DNA of 63,299 nucleotides, counting the filler, from Reticulomyxa filosa (taxonomy: Eukaryota; Protista; Foraminifera): the NCBI GenBank assembly GCA_000512085.1. It is 9 parts of 9 records of this genome, joined end to end, with 100 filler letters (N's around TTAATTAATTAA, not from the genome) between each part and the next. Parts side by side here need not be neighbours in the genome. Positions count along the whole stretch, not along the records: positions 1 to 24,678 come from ASPP01000595.1; 8 more parts are not named here. One strand, 5' to 3'. The position numbers and the translations under genes are program-made. Below are positions 9,729 to 22,851 of this stretch, one piece after another (position 1 is the stretch's first letter; each line of letters begins with the position of its first letter). Under the pieces are notes generated by a model. It was given only the letters and a program-made list of their open reading frames with translations, was not told the origin of the DNA and searched no databases.

Positions 9729-12700
9729 CTATTTTAAATTGCGTTCCGGATTTGTTAACTCTTTTAGCTCAACCTCACATACCCTCTCGACATTCTGGAA
9801 AAAGCGAACTTCCGTTTTTTGAAACAGTAAAGATATGATATGTATAGAGGAATCGTCACGCCTGTGCAAGCCATTCGTTTGGTATATTGGTCAAACACAT
9901 GCAAGTTGTGATTTATTATCACACGAGCTTGAGTTTTCCACAATTGATGCACCTAATTATACAAAGACAAACAAGTCAATGTCACAACAACAAAAAAAAA
10001 AATTTAAAGCTTAACTGGAGATTTTCCAAAGCAAATTAGATATTGGCACTTCCCTTTGACAAAATCTTCAATGGCTGTGTTTGATTCTTGTCCAAACACT
10101 CGATCATTTATTTGAGCAACAATTTCTTCTTGTTGCAATTCTTTTTGAATGGATTCAGCCTATTGAGAATATTTTTTGTGGATAGTATGAACTTTTAATT
10201 TGCTTGTTCTTTGGTCTCATTCCCTCGCAAAATTATAATGCAATAAAAGGAGTATATGTTTCGAGGTAGAAGAACTTGTTGAAAAATAGAACACCAAATA
10301 ATCCCAGATTTAAGAGGATTGGTTTTGCATAAATTTACGAGTGCTTTGTCTCGTTCTTCGTCATGTGCCTCTTCCTCTTTCAAAGGCACATACCAATGGA
10401 AAAAGCGCTGTTCAGATCTTAGATCAATCAAAGTGGGCTTGGTCACAAGTAGGGAAGCAGTTTCACCAACAGTTTTGCACCAAGAATTGGAAAATAATGC
10501 GCATGGGATACCTTGAGGAATTTTAGAAAAGGCATTTTCAACATTCCTCCCATCATGATACCCTAATAATGAGTCACAATCTAACAAATATACTGCAGTT
10601 AGATTTTCTGTCAAATTTTTGCTGTTTGTATCCACAACGATGGCCATGGCCTTTGCCGTTCCTTTTTTTTTTTAATATGTATTGTCATTTTCTAAAAAAA
10701 CTTGGAATTAGATTGCCGTTTCAATGTGCGGATACAATTTCAAAAAGAAAAGAAAGATCACACAAAGTGTACCAATCAAAATGTTTCGGCCATACGATGC
10801 CGCTTTGAAAATATTTGACTTTCGCTCGGAATAAAATCTGACGTTTAAGTCGGGAACATCTTTTCCCATCCTTCGAATGAATTGATTCATGTAAACACAG
10901 TGTGATTCATCACCACATATGATAATCACAAACGAGGGGTCTTTTCTTACGTACAATCGATACAAGGCGGCAATGGCCAACAAAGTGGACTTACCACTTC
11001 CCGCTGGCGATAACACGGTCGAATCTTCTCCAAGAGTTAATCCAGGCAATCCCTGTTCTTGCACTTTTTTCCATGTCTCAATGCCTTCCGCAACTAGTCC
11101 CGATTGTAGAAATATTGGCAGCTGCGCAGTTTGTGTGACTCTCTCAGGAGAATATGACATCGCAGCATGTTCCGATACTTGTCGCAAGGGTTTTCGACCC
11201 TCGCGGGTTTTCATTTCATCATATCCACGTCTTGAATCATAACCACCCCGTTGGTCTCGATTGTGGAATCGACCCCCACGTCTTGGATCTCGAGCTCTTT
11301 CCTGCCTTCGTCGGTCGTCGTATCTGTTACCTGTTGAATATCTTTCCGCACTCACAGTGTCGTCAGCTTGCCCTTCTCTTGTGATTTGGCCCTGATACGA
11401 AGTCCTTGTATCCATTGAGCTTCCAGAGTACTGGGCTCTTCCTTGTCGCTCATCAGGAGGAAAGAACATTCCATTTTTGTCTTTTTGTATCTTCGTGCCT
11501 ATGTTGGGTGGCAGTTGCACATACGAGACTTCAGGAATATCTCGGGTAGTGCTGACATAACCACGCTGTGAAGCTTCAAATAAAGCCCTTTTTAAAAAAT
11601 GTTCGACTCTCTCTTCGCGTGTGTTGATACACAAAAAGCGAAACCAATCAATCCAGTTTTCGCATTTTCTCATTTTATTCCATGCGTCCTGTATTCACAC
11701 ACCACGTCAGTATTAAGCAAGACAGTCTGATACAGATGTAATTTGTTCTATTTCATCATATTTTTACATTCGAATGGTATTACAACAAAAAAAACAAACG
11801 TATACCTCTAATTGAACTCGAGCAGTCGGGTTGTATCCACCATATTTGCGATTGTAGTCAGCAAAAGGTCGATTGAATTGCTCCAAAAATGTGAATTGCC
11901 ACATAAGACATTGTCGGGCATTTTGAGTTGCCTGAAGGTGATTTGCAGTCTCTGTTTTATTGGTGCTTCTAAATCCTCTAATTGCTTATGCTTAGATATG
12001 TAGGATGACACATCTCGACAAAAATGCTCCTCGATGAATGATTTACTGATATCGGCCCAAGTTCGATTTGGCGTTAATAGTAAATACATTAAGACTTTGC
12101 CCAAATGAGGCCAGTTTTCTTGGCTACGCGATTCGCTATCCGTAACAAATTTATCAATGGCATCTTCTGCGTCTTGACTCATCTCCGGATATTTGGAGTT
12201 CAAAAATAACAGTAGATGATGCAGACATGACCAAACAGACAAGAAGTGATGAATTTGCTTGCTGTCGAGAGTTTTGACGTTCGTAAATTGTTGGTTTAGC
12301 AATTCGATATTTCTATTTGCAAAGCGAATAAATCATATGTACATATATGCAAATATAACTTATATATATATACATATATGTGTATGTGTTTGTAATAGGA
12401 AAAGCAAGCAAGAACACGATGCAACAAGAAATTGGTACTTTGCTGAGCAATTCACAGATGATATCCATTGCACCTTTTGACGAAAACGTTTTCTGAGGTG
12501 TCAACAGTGCCAAGTGTTGTTTGATTTCGACTAAAGATTTTTCACCATGTGTGAGATTAATAACAAGAGGTAGGAAGTGTGTAAATTTCTCTTTTGTCGA
12601 ATCGATTCGAATTCCAAGCTTAGACCACGCTGGCAAGGAAATGTAGTCAGAAGACACTTTGAATTTTGACACATAATATTTCTTTGCATTGTCGTTTATA

Positions 12701-14806
12701 TTCTTTTTTTTGGAAGCACGTTTCATTTCATTTTGGGATATCATTTCATATTGGAGCATCATTCCAATCATCGTTTTTGTAAAGCTCTCTTTGGAATAGA
12801 AGCATCTCAATTCGGATCTGCGAAGTAATGAGGCATTTTTTAGAATAAAATTCCACAGCCCACAAACTTGATCTGTGTGTATGGGCGTACATAGCATTCA
12901 CACGTACGTGTAATGTATGTATTGTATATTGCAAGTGTGTGTATTAATTGTGAATGGGAAATGTGGCAAACAATGGCGGTTATGGATAAGACGTAACGAC
13001 ATTGAACCAATTCATGTTGTGACAAATATTCAAAAACACCAATGATACTGTCATGGAGACGAGTAAGCATGGGATCAATTGACGTGTGATTATCTTGAAC
13101 GCCATATTTAAATAGCTGTATCCAATCAACCCGCTGTCGTGTGTCCCATAAGTACTGCCCTTTATTTTGATAAAAGGCCTCCTCGACGGTCAAGTGATTG
13201 TCCAACTGTAGAATTGGTTTCGTTAGCTCACAAAAGTTTAGTTTCACGCAAGCGGACTGTGATTAAGTACGAACGTGATTATATTTTTGTTTGCGCATTT
13301 GCAACGGCAGTATGTTCATAATAAAAAATAAAAAAATAAAAAAATGAAAAACAAACAAACAAACCGCCAAGCCGACAAAGGGATGTAAGGTTCCTTCTCG
13401 AAAGGACTCGGGCATAGGATGTTTAACACATAGCTTGCCATTGATAAAGAATCTCAATACTTGATCTTCGAAGTCGGCAGCGCACACCACAATATCTCCT
13501 TCGGTAAAACCAACAGATAACTCTTGGGTGAGGGCGACACGATAGGGTTGCTTATGTGTCAACACCGACTTTACTTCATTCGCAAAATAGCGATTGCCCA
13601 GCGCTATAAATTCACATTCTCCGGTCATTTCTTCAAAGCTCTCTTTTAAACACCATCCCAAACGCACTGCCGTTACGTTATTAATTCCCAAATTCACTCG
13701 AATTATTTGCGCTTCGAAGTACACCCGCGCAAAGCTACATTCTATGTTTTGTCGACACACACACATCCACATACATATATACGGCTAAAAAATAAAAATA
13801 CACAATGTATGAACCAATGACTTAACCGACATCAGGCACCCGAACATCGTGCCAATCTTGATCGTGATCAATAATCATTGGCTCTCGTGCTTTCAACACA
13901 GTCATTTCATTTTTGGCTGATCCATAACACAGGCCTTTGGCAGGCACTGATCGATCATGGCTATGGCCACACCATATGCATGTATACTCGCTCAGTTGTT
14001 GTTTCACTTTCTCTATTTCAGCTTTCTTTTTCCCGTTGTCAGATGTCTCGTTGAGAATTCGATTTACCTCGGTTAGAATGTCTATCACTCTTGTCGTGGG
14101 TGACCACTCCATTGCTTTATTTTTTATCACATATTATTATTTGTCATTTTTTATTTTGTTTACAAGCTTGTTAATAAAATTACTTGCTCTTTTTTTTTAT
14201 TATTATTTTTTATAAAAAAAATAAATATACGCAATTTTGTGTGTTAGTAAGTTGCGAGATTGGAAGATTTACACACGTTGTAGCAACTGTAATTTGACCA
14301 TGAGTTTGTGATTTACATCTACAATCAACGGATGTTTGAAAGGAATATTCGCAATGGTGATTGGTGATACAATTTCAACATTGGGCGGTTTCTTTGGGAA
14401 TTCTCTGGGAAATTCCAATATTCCATGGATGCACAATTTTGCATATTTGCCACTTTTTGGCCATATGTTAAAATGCCTTTTGTTGAAAAATAAGTCAATG
14501 CCAATAACAATACAAAATAAATGTATAAGTAAATACAGTTCACGTAATGAACATACCATTCTTCGGGCTTTTCTTTCAGAGGAAATACATTCATCTGAAA
14601 AGGTTTTTTTTGTGGTTTGTTTCAATATTGTTAGCACATACATAAAAATCAATGTCTCTAAGTTTTTTCGTTTTGCATCAACATAATTTCTCAACATTCA
14701 AATCCTTTTGCTGCAGTTGTGAATGAAATGATGTCAAGCTTTCTTCGATCCATTTTTTTGCACTTTCTTCTACAAATCGTCTTGTCTCATTATCGTCATA
14801 AGACAT
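9729..14806 (-). CDS. Multi-exon multidomain protein: inactive E2/UBC fold, SPRY, unknown helical domain, RG-rich linker, degenerate DEAD-box (eIF4A-like) helicase
   Basis: UBC: PEEWHFNIWP..LEFPREFPKKPP..HPLI..EWSPTTRVIDIL. SPRY: YFEAQI..RLGW..EGDIVVCAADF..FFINGK..LHPFVGL. Helicase: VQEQGLP, SPAGSGKS, ILIGT, LLDCDSLL, LFSNS, YTKRMACTG(R). Exons join in frame apart from 1-nt deletions at ~11934 and ~9861. Confidence 0.72.
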
Positions 14807-15321
14807 TGTCGTTTATTTCTTTTACAGGCTACACACTGATCTACACCAAAGCAAGTTGTTTTGGTTGAACTTAAATGTTCCAAATTCTAAATGAGAACTT
14901 GTCACCACACAAGGGCAAAATATAAATCCAATTGTACTAAATTATCCTTTTTGAGACTTCAGAACGATGTTATATATATATGATGTTTAAAAGGGGGAAA
15001 AATAAAGCAAACATTCCTTTGGACCCCCAACACCTTGTTCGAAAACAAAAAAGCGGAAAAAATTAACAAAGTAACCGTCAATTGTTTATCATCGGTCCAT
15101 AAAGCATGAATTCAGCAAAAAAAAGGTTAGGTTCTATAGTTGAACAATGTTGAAAATGGATTGTTATTACAACTATTATTGTAATTAAACAAAGTTTGTT
15201 CATAAACAATAAATAAATATGTTGACGGCTCACAGTTCCCATAAAATAAGTTATTATTTCCTTGTAATTTTAAATGTGAGAAAGTACTAATCAGTGATTA
15301 GTCAAGGACAACAATTTCAAA

Positions 15322-17235
15322 TTAAGTATTTGGGGAAAGAAAAAAAACAATAAAAAAAAGAATAAAATTTTGTGTGTGCACGCCGATATAACAAAAATGT
15401 AAAAAAAAAAAATAAAAAAAATAAACAAGATGAAAATCAATCCGAAAGACAATAGTTTGATAGAAATTGCAAACTATTTTTGCTTTGTTTTTTCCCTTCC
15501 TCTTTTCCGTTTCCTTTTTCTTCTCTTCCTCTTCCTGTTTTTCCTTCGTCAGCAAGTATTGGCCATGTAATGACTCAAGTATTGAAAACAACAACAGGTT
15601 CATTTTCTCCCACCGAAATGGACACATGTTGAGGATTATTGACAGGGTCTGGTATTTCCACTGTCAAGAACCGATCAGTATTATTTCTTGTGGTCGCAGT
15701 GGCAGGACACTTGAGCAAGAGTTGAAAAGCGATAAGTTGTTGAATAATCTTTTGTTCGATGCAGAGATAGTCATTGACACTAACTCCCAAAATAGAACAC
15801 AGTTTGCTAAGTTTGGAATCTGTGTTTGTTTGGAGTTGTTTATTGGTGATGCGAACACTTTTGTCATATTTTTTAGAAGGGACAGAATGTCGAGTTCCAA
15901 TATGACCTTTTATACGTTTATCTTCTATCAAATGATTTTTATTATTGTCATTGCTGTTGTTACTGTCATGATGCTGTTCATCCGTATTTTCCTTGTTTGG
16001 TTTTGTGGGTTGGAAGGACTTGACATAGTCCAATCGTTTCTGCTCTTTGTCCTCGTTGTTCAAAATGGACCCGCATTTCAAGAGCAGGTTGATGGAGAAG
16101 GCGGCACCAGAGTTTCTTTTTTCGATCATTCGTTTGGACTTGGTGACATGGTGTGAAGAAGACTTGATTTTGTGTAGTTTTTGGCATGCAAGGATGGATT
16201 GTGTAATGGAGAAATACTTGTGCAGCTCCTCCAAGGAAAAGCTGTCGTTATCCTTTCCATTTGCAAATCTTGCAGCAACACTATCAATTCTGGCCACCAC
16301 GTCTTCATTCACAAAAGATAATAGCGACTTTTGCAATGTGCGATGGGTCATATTTTCGGGACAAAGCAAATGTTGAGTGTACGCAACGCGATGCAATATT
16401 TTTTCTTTGTCGCTTTTGCACGTTGCGACTTCGATATTTTTATCCCAGCACAGACATAGCCGTTCTAAGCTGATTATGTCGGTCATGCGAGTGACACCTT
16501 TGGTAATACATTATTGATAAATCATTGATAAATCATTGATGAATCATATAATCAATTATATTTACAAGTGTTATTGTTATGTTTAAAAAATAAATAAATA
16601 AATAGAAAGAGACGCATACCATTGAGTAAGTAATGATAAATGCGATCAATTTGTCCTCGTAACTTTTGTTCTTCCGCCAATCCATGCAATAAAATCTTCC
16701 AATTTTTTTTTTGTTTTCCAACATAGTCTTTTCCTCTTGCTCTTTGGTTTTGAGATTGTTGCCCTTTGCATCGTGATGATACAGCTGCGTTCTTTTTTTT
16801 GTTCGTTGTCGTGTTCATCCACACTGACAGTGGTGATGGAGCTAGAGCTAGAGCTAGAGCTAGGAGCCAGCAGATCATTCACGCTTGCGTGTGCAATGCA
16901 AGAGGGCCGACACTATCATTGTTGATGTGCGTAACATAGCGAAGGAACTCACAAATGTTTTGATGCAACGGGAGGTATTGGTAGTACTTTGGAACATTTT
17001 TCAAATTTTTATTCCATTTCATTTGTGTCGGCTTCTTATGCAATACTGTCGTCCTGTTGGTTTCATTCCATTCCTTTTTTCGCATTGACTTGGTGCAAGG
17101 CCAGTCGCCTCTTGCGCTATGGTCATATTCACATCCGTTGTCATTGTCTTCCTTGCTCGCGTCGTGCGCTGTAGTGCCACGGCCTTCGTGACCGACATCA
17201 CTGTCATTGTTATCATCATCATCATCATCATTATC

Positions 17236-17288
<53 letters not shown>

Positions 17289-19156
17289 CATCATCATCAT
17301 CATTACCATTGGCATTATCATTATCATTATCATTGCCATTAGAATTAATATTGTCATTGACATCGCCGTCCGTCGTCGAGTGACTATACGCATGATCACT
17401 GTCGTCCAAAGGATCATTCGAACTGTGAAAGTTGAAAATGTCGCAGCCGTAGTCCAACAAAAAGTTGCCGCGGATCTGTCTTTCGTTCAAAACGTGGGTG
17501 TTGTACCACTGCAACGCTTGACGCTTCATGATCCGCTCTTGTGGCGTGTCATATTCATTCCAGTTCAAATCGCACACCACCGACTCGCCCTCCTCCTCGC
17601 GCCACTCGTTGATGAACTCTTCTCTCCACTCACTATACAAGTCCGTCAGTCCGTTGTGCTCGATCGCCGACGAATGTCTGGACTTGTGTGTTGCATCATG
17701 AGAGCGAGTACGATTGTGAGTTTTGGTTTTGGTTTTAGTTTTTGTCTTTGTTTTTATTTGAGATTGAGATTGAGATTGAGATTGGGATTGGGATTGAGAT
17801 GGAAGTGAAGGCTGAAGATGGGAATTAAAGCAAGACTGAGACTGAGATTGAACATGGGAATGAGAGTGAGAATGTGATCGAGATCGAGAATGAGAATGAG
17901 AATGAGATGAAACGGGGTCGTTGCTGAACCATCGTTATGTTTGTGCTCATTGGGAGTGTGGTTTCTTGAAACACCGCGAGTGGCGTCACCCAAATGCTTG
18001 GTTAAGAAATGACGACGAATATCTTCACAAGTTTTGTCAACAAAGTTACAAGGCAGATACGAATCCATTACCTCCATTGTCATTGATTGTGAGTTTTGCT
18101 TTTTTTATTACTTGTCATTTTCTTTGTGTGTTTATCAATATTATTGTTATTGTTATTGTTATTGCTATTGTCATTGTCATTGTCATTGCCATTATTATTA
18201 TTATTATTATTACTATTATTATTATTGCTATGGCTATGATAATAGAAATGATCTTTCTTATATTTTTTATTGAAATGATATTTTCTATCATTGAATTGTT
18301 TCAATTGCTCTTGTTTCAACAAGTCCCAATTCCCAATTCCATAACGCTTTGACATCCCGTGAATCAGATTCCATTCTTCGCGTAACGACCAGCGTTGTGG
18401 TTCATTTTTGCTCTTTTTTTTCTTTTGCGTGCTGCTCGAGGATATCTCCTCGCTCTTTTCTTCCTTTGTGGTCGACGAAGGACAACACAGCGGCAATATG
18501 GGAGGAATGATTTGGTAACAATGAAACTTCTTATGATATTTGGTCTCTCTTCCATGAACATAACAATCTCCACATATCATCGATCGATGCTTCCAAGTCC
18601 ATTCTTTTTCCCCGCTTTCTTTTTCTTTTCGTTGGCTACATTCCACACATTGGATAAATGCGTCGGTGGGATCCATCTCCACTTCACATAAGTCACACTT
18701 CGGCGTATACCACTTGGCTTCGTTTATACTCTTACTTTCGTTTGAGTCCTTATCCAACTGCATTTCCTTTTTCAGCTCTTCTGCATGTGTGTCTGTCAGT
18801 GTATTTTTTTTTTTTCATATCACATATATCACAATTCACATTTTACATTATACCTCTTTTTGTTCATTATATGTTTTTTTTAAAAAAAAAAAAAAGTGAT
18901 TTGTCTCAGATCCAACAATAAATCCTTGCTTTACAATACTCAATGAGTAATCTCGTCTCTTTTTTTCCCTCATTCCATTTTCTCCCCTACCCGAAATACC
19001 TCCTATTTCCGTTTTCTCGTTGCTTGTCATTAGACAAACTCTTTTGGTCGAAGGTCTCGCTGGGGAATCCTCCAAGTCGGCAGGACGTTTCCGCTTACGT
19101 CTTTTTGGAATATGACCATCTGCTACAGAAGAACCACTACCCTCAGTTATGTTCAT
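15322..19156 (-). CDS. ADA2: Transcriptional adaptor ADA2-like (ZZ zinc finger, SANT, ADA boxes, SWIRM) with low-complexity inserts; ends approximate; several apparent frameshifts
   Basis: CDLC..CVEC..CGDC..H..H (ZZ), WSLREEWNLI..YGIGNWD..KTCEDIRRHF (SANT), REEFINEW..ESVVCDL, GLAEEQKLRGQI and KLCSILGVSVNDYLCIEQKII (SWIRM-like) occur in ADA2 order. Confidence 0.8.
17203..17345. repeat. (ATC/ATT)n microsatellite encoding a poly-Asp/Asn tract in ADA2
   Basis: Direct trinucleotide runs; a similar tract lies at 18140-18240. Confidence 0.9.
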
Positions 19157-19580
19157 CTTCTAAGATTAAGATATTTTCAAATGTGTCTTCAGAAAAATGA
19201 ACACTAAACTCCAAACTTGTTTTGTTTGTGTTTTTATGTCTTCCTCCCTCAGACATTTTATCCATTTGTTTCATTCTATTCAATTTTGGTAGAGCATAAT
19301 AAACAAAATGTTAGCGGCTTGTTTCGTAACTTCGAGTAAATAATTAAAAAAAGTATCGTGTTATTTTACTTCAAGTAGACTTGTTAAAGTAATCTAAAGC
19401 CAAAGAAAAAAAAATGTACGACCAGAATATCCTCCATCTTTGCTGAAAAAACGACAATTTCTATTAAGTTAACCAAGATAGATCCAGGAATGTCAAAGGG
19501 GTCCTTTGTTACCCAAATTTGTGGAGAAGGAGAAATATATCACTTCTTCTTCGAATCAACCAATAATACATAAACTATAA

Positions 19581-22500
19581 ATGTCAAGAGACACAAATTC
19601 GGTTTCGTTGGAAGAAACCAACAGAATACGTTCCCAATTGGGAATGCCACTTTTGAGAGTTTCGCGTACTTATTTATTTTACAACAACCTCTGTTTGCCT
19701 CGACCTTCCTTCCCTTCCCTTTTTTTTTTTGACAGGATTGTGTTGTGTTTTTTCTTTTTTTTGGAATTTTTTTTACCTATTCGTTAGAAAAACGATTGTG
19801 TGCGAAATTTCGGGCATGGTGACATGTTGGACTAACTTGATGAAGAGAAAGGACAAAATAAAAACAAAAACAAAAAACAGGCAAGCGGCGGAGACAAACA
19901 AGGAAGAGACAGTGATGAGGATGAAAGAGAGAGTCAACATGAGAATGATGACCGCAGTGGTAGTGATAAAGACAACGACACAGAATCTTCCAAATCAGGG
20001 CTTTTGCTCCAAAAATTACACGAAATGAAAGAACAAAGAAATCGGGTTTTTTTGTGTGTGTGCATATGTGCTTCAATCTTATGTTTTGCAAGGAAAGGAT
20101 TTCGAAAGACTTTATTAGAGGAGCAAAACGACAACAAAAAAAAAAAGATATCAATTAAATTAATGTTATGTTTGTTATGACAATAGAAAGTCAAAACTGG
20201 AGGAATATCTTTAGCAGAAGAGCTCCTGGAAGATACTATTTATTCAGGCTCTTCTGTTTTGGACTGGTATATTTGCATATACATATACATGCTTTTTTTT
20301 TTTTTTATTTAAAAAACATTTATACAATAATTTTAAAAAAATTGGAACGAAGGGTTCAAAAATCCCGCAGCTTGGAAGAAAAGAAAAAAGAAAATGAAGA
20401 ACTGGCCAAAGCACGGAAGCAATTCGAGGAGGAAGAGGATGAACTGCTACACAATAGACAGAAAAAGGAAGACAATGATAACGAAAGCGGCTTGGGCGGG
20501 AAAAAAGTGAGACATGATTTGAGTCAATTCAAGTCAGGCGAAACGAAAATATTGATATTAAAAGACCGTGGCATACTGGACAAGCGCTTGAATGTGATCA
20601 ACGACGAAGACGAGTTGGTCAATGTGGAATTGTTGGAGAACGACAAATTAGCCTTGAAAAAAGCCAGATCGCGCAAGCTGCCTGGATACAACCCTTTTGA
20701 TGAAGATATGAGTAAGAACGAGGTCGGAGAGAGACTGTTGCTGCCCCAATACGAAGAGGAAAAACGGGAACGTGATGGGTTTGCATTGGACAAAACAGGA
20801 AATGCAAATGTTCCACAATTTGAGCGAATCAACGCAACAGAAGGAGCGGCGCCAACAGGTCGCGCCTACGATCTGATGGAAGGACTGCCCACCGTTGAAC
20901 GAGACTATTACACGACAGAGGAATTGGAAGGCAAGTTTCGAAAACGAAAGCGAAAAAGCAAAAAAAATGGAAGCATAAACATTGATGTGCAAGACAAGGG
21001 ACTCAATCCACAAAACCACGCAACCACTGACACAAAAGATGGAAACCATTTGAAAAGCGACTCATTGCAAATGTCAGCTAATGTCTCGACAGATGATAGC
21101 AATAGTCATGCGAATGACAATGGCAATAACGCGATTCATAACAAAAAGCGAAGAAAGCTTAACAATGGACAAACAAGGTACGACTTTTTGGGTGGCGAAA
21201 ATATCGATGAAGAGTCTAGAGGACAAAGAGACGAAACTGCACAGCTGTCAAGAAAAGAGCAACAAAGGGAGGAAGAAAGGTTTGAGCGAATGCAGAAATA
21301 TCGTCTTGCAATTCAAAAAAATAATTTAATGATGGTAAGTATATACATACATGATATTTTTTTTCTCTTGATTCAAGTGAAGTTTTATTCGTGTCTTGTC
21401 TTTATCTCTTTACTATTAAAAAAAAAAAAAAAGCAAGCAAAAGCAGAAGAAGAGCGAGCAGCTCTTCATACACAAGACGACGAAGAAGGATTGGATTCAG
21501 AAACGTCACGCGCGCTTGAACGAGCTGCTTTGTTGGAAAAAAAGAGACAGACCACGGAAGACACTACGCGCAAATTAGTAACAGTAATCAATGAAATGAA
21601 AGACGAAGAGACCAAAATAAAAAAAGAGGAAAAGAAAGATATACTGAGTGAACCAATGATACTCGACGAAAAACCCGAATCCACCAATGGCTTAATGTTC
21701 ACACAGGCCACCGAGTTTTCGCAGGGATTGAAAGATGCCGTGGGTGAAATGGAGGAGGACGTTGAACAGATGAGACGTAGAAAGTTTGGAGTGTTGCATA
21801 TGAATGGAGCCAATGGAGTTGCTCCCAATGGCCATCCAAACAGCAAAGGCAATCCATATGACAACGAAGATATGCCCGCTATCATTGATCCCAAAACAGG
21901 TCTTCCAGTGTCTCGTTCAAGACATCATTTGGATCATTTATTGGAGTTGCGAGAATCAACGACCAACGTCGGCGGGGTGTGGATCGCTCCCGAGGAAAAT
22001 GGCGGAAAAGACAACAACAAAAATGGAGTTTCGCAACAAATTGCTTCGGGCATTGTTAAAGAAGGAGTGAGCAGCAATGATTTTGTATTGCTGGAAAATG
22101 AACCGCTTGTTGCACGCTCCATCGCTGATACATTGAAACACGTCCGAAGACGAGGATTTATGGACGATGAAGAATTTGATGAGCTGGCAGGAGGGAAAAT
22201 CCAACAATTTCGTCCAATCGACATCGAGAAGAAAGGCAATAAAGACCATTTGGAATGGGACGTACCAAAAGTGCTGAAATGGCTACGTGAAGTGGGATTA
22301 GCGCGCTATCAAAACACGTTTCAAAAAAAACAAGTCGACGGACGTGTTTTGGATTCGGTGACATTGGAATTTGGGGTTCGTGTTTTGCAAATGGATGACG
22401 AAGATTGTCACAAGCTATTACAGGCATTGGGAGAGTTAAAAGTTAGCAACGTTGTTCTTCTGACTCTTGTGCAAAACATTTGGCCTTTGAACACAAACTC

Positions 22501-22851
22501 AAAACTATGATTTCACAGGGAGATCCTGCTCCTGACGTCCACTTGTCTTACTTGGATGATACTGGCAGACCAATGACCGCCAAAGAGGCCTTTCGCAAAT
22601 TATCCCATCGTTTCCACGGCAAAAAACCCGGCAAACGAAAACAAGAAAAGAGAATCAAAAAAAGAGAGGAAGAATTTTTTAGAAAAAATCGTAACGGTGT
22701 GGATACTCCTCTAGGAACTTTAGAGAAACTAAAACAAGCCACCGAGTACAGCGGCAAACCATTTATCGTGCTGAATGGCAAAGAAACAACAAAAATGGCA
22801 CAAACAATTGACTATTCCGATGAGAAATATGACGCTAAACGCCGACTTTGA
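19581..22851 (+). CDS. SART1: U4/U6.U5 tri-snRNP protein SART1/Snu66 with an inserted SAM domain; multi-exon
   Basis: N-terminal HIND motif SLEETNRIRSQLGMPLL, KVRHDL..GETKILILKDRGILD..DELVNVEL, and C-terminal YLDDTGRPMTAKEAFRKLSHRFHGKKPGKRKQEKR. Confidence 0.93.

Noticed and set aside
17019-17808. Long poly-Ile/Met ORFs (17119-17808 +, 17019-17417 -) that look like membrane proteins
   Set aside because: Antisense or alternate-frame shadows of the poly-Asn/Asp microsatellite in ADA2.
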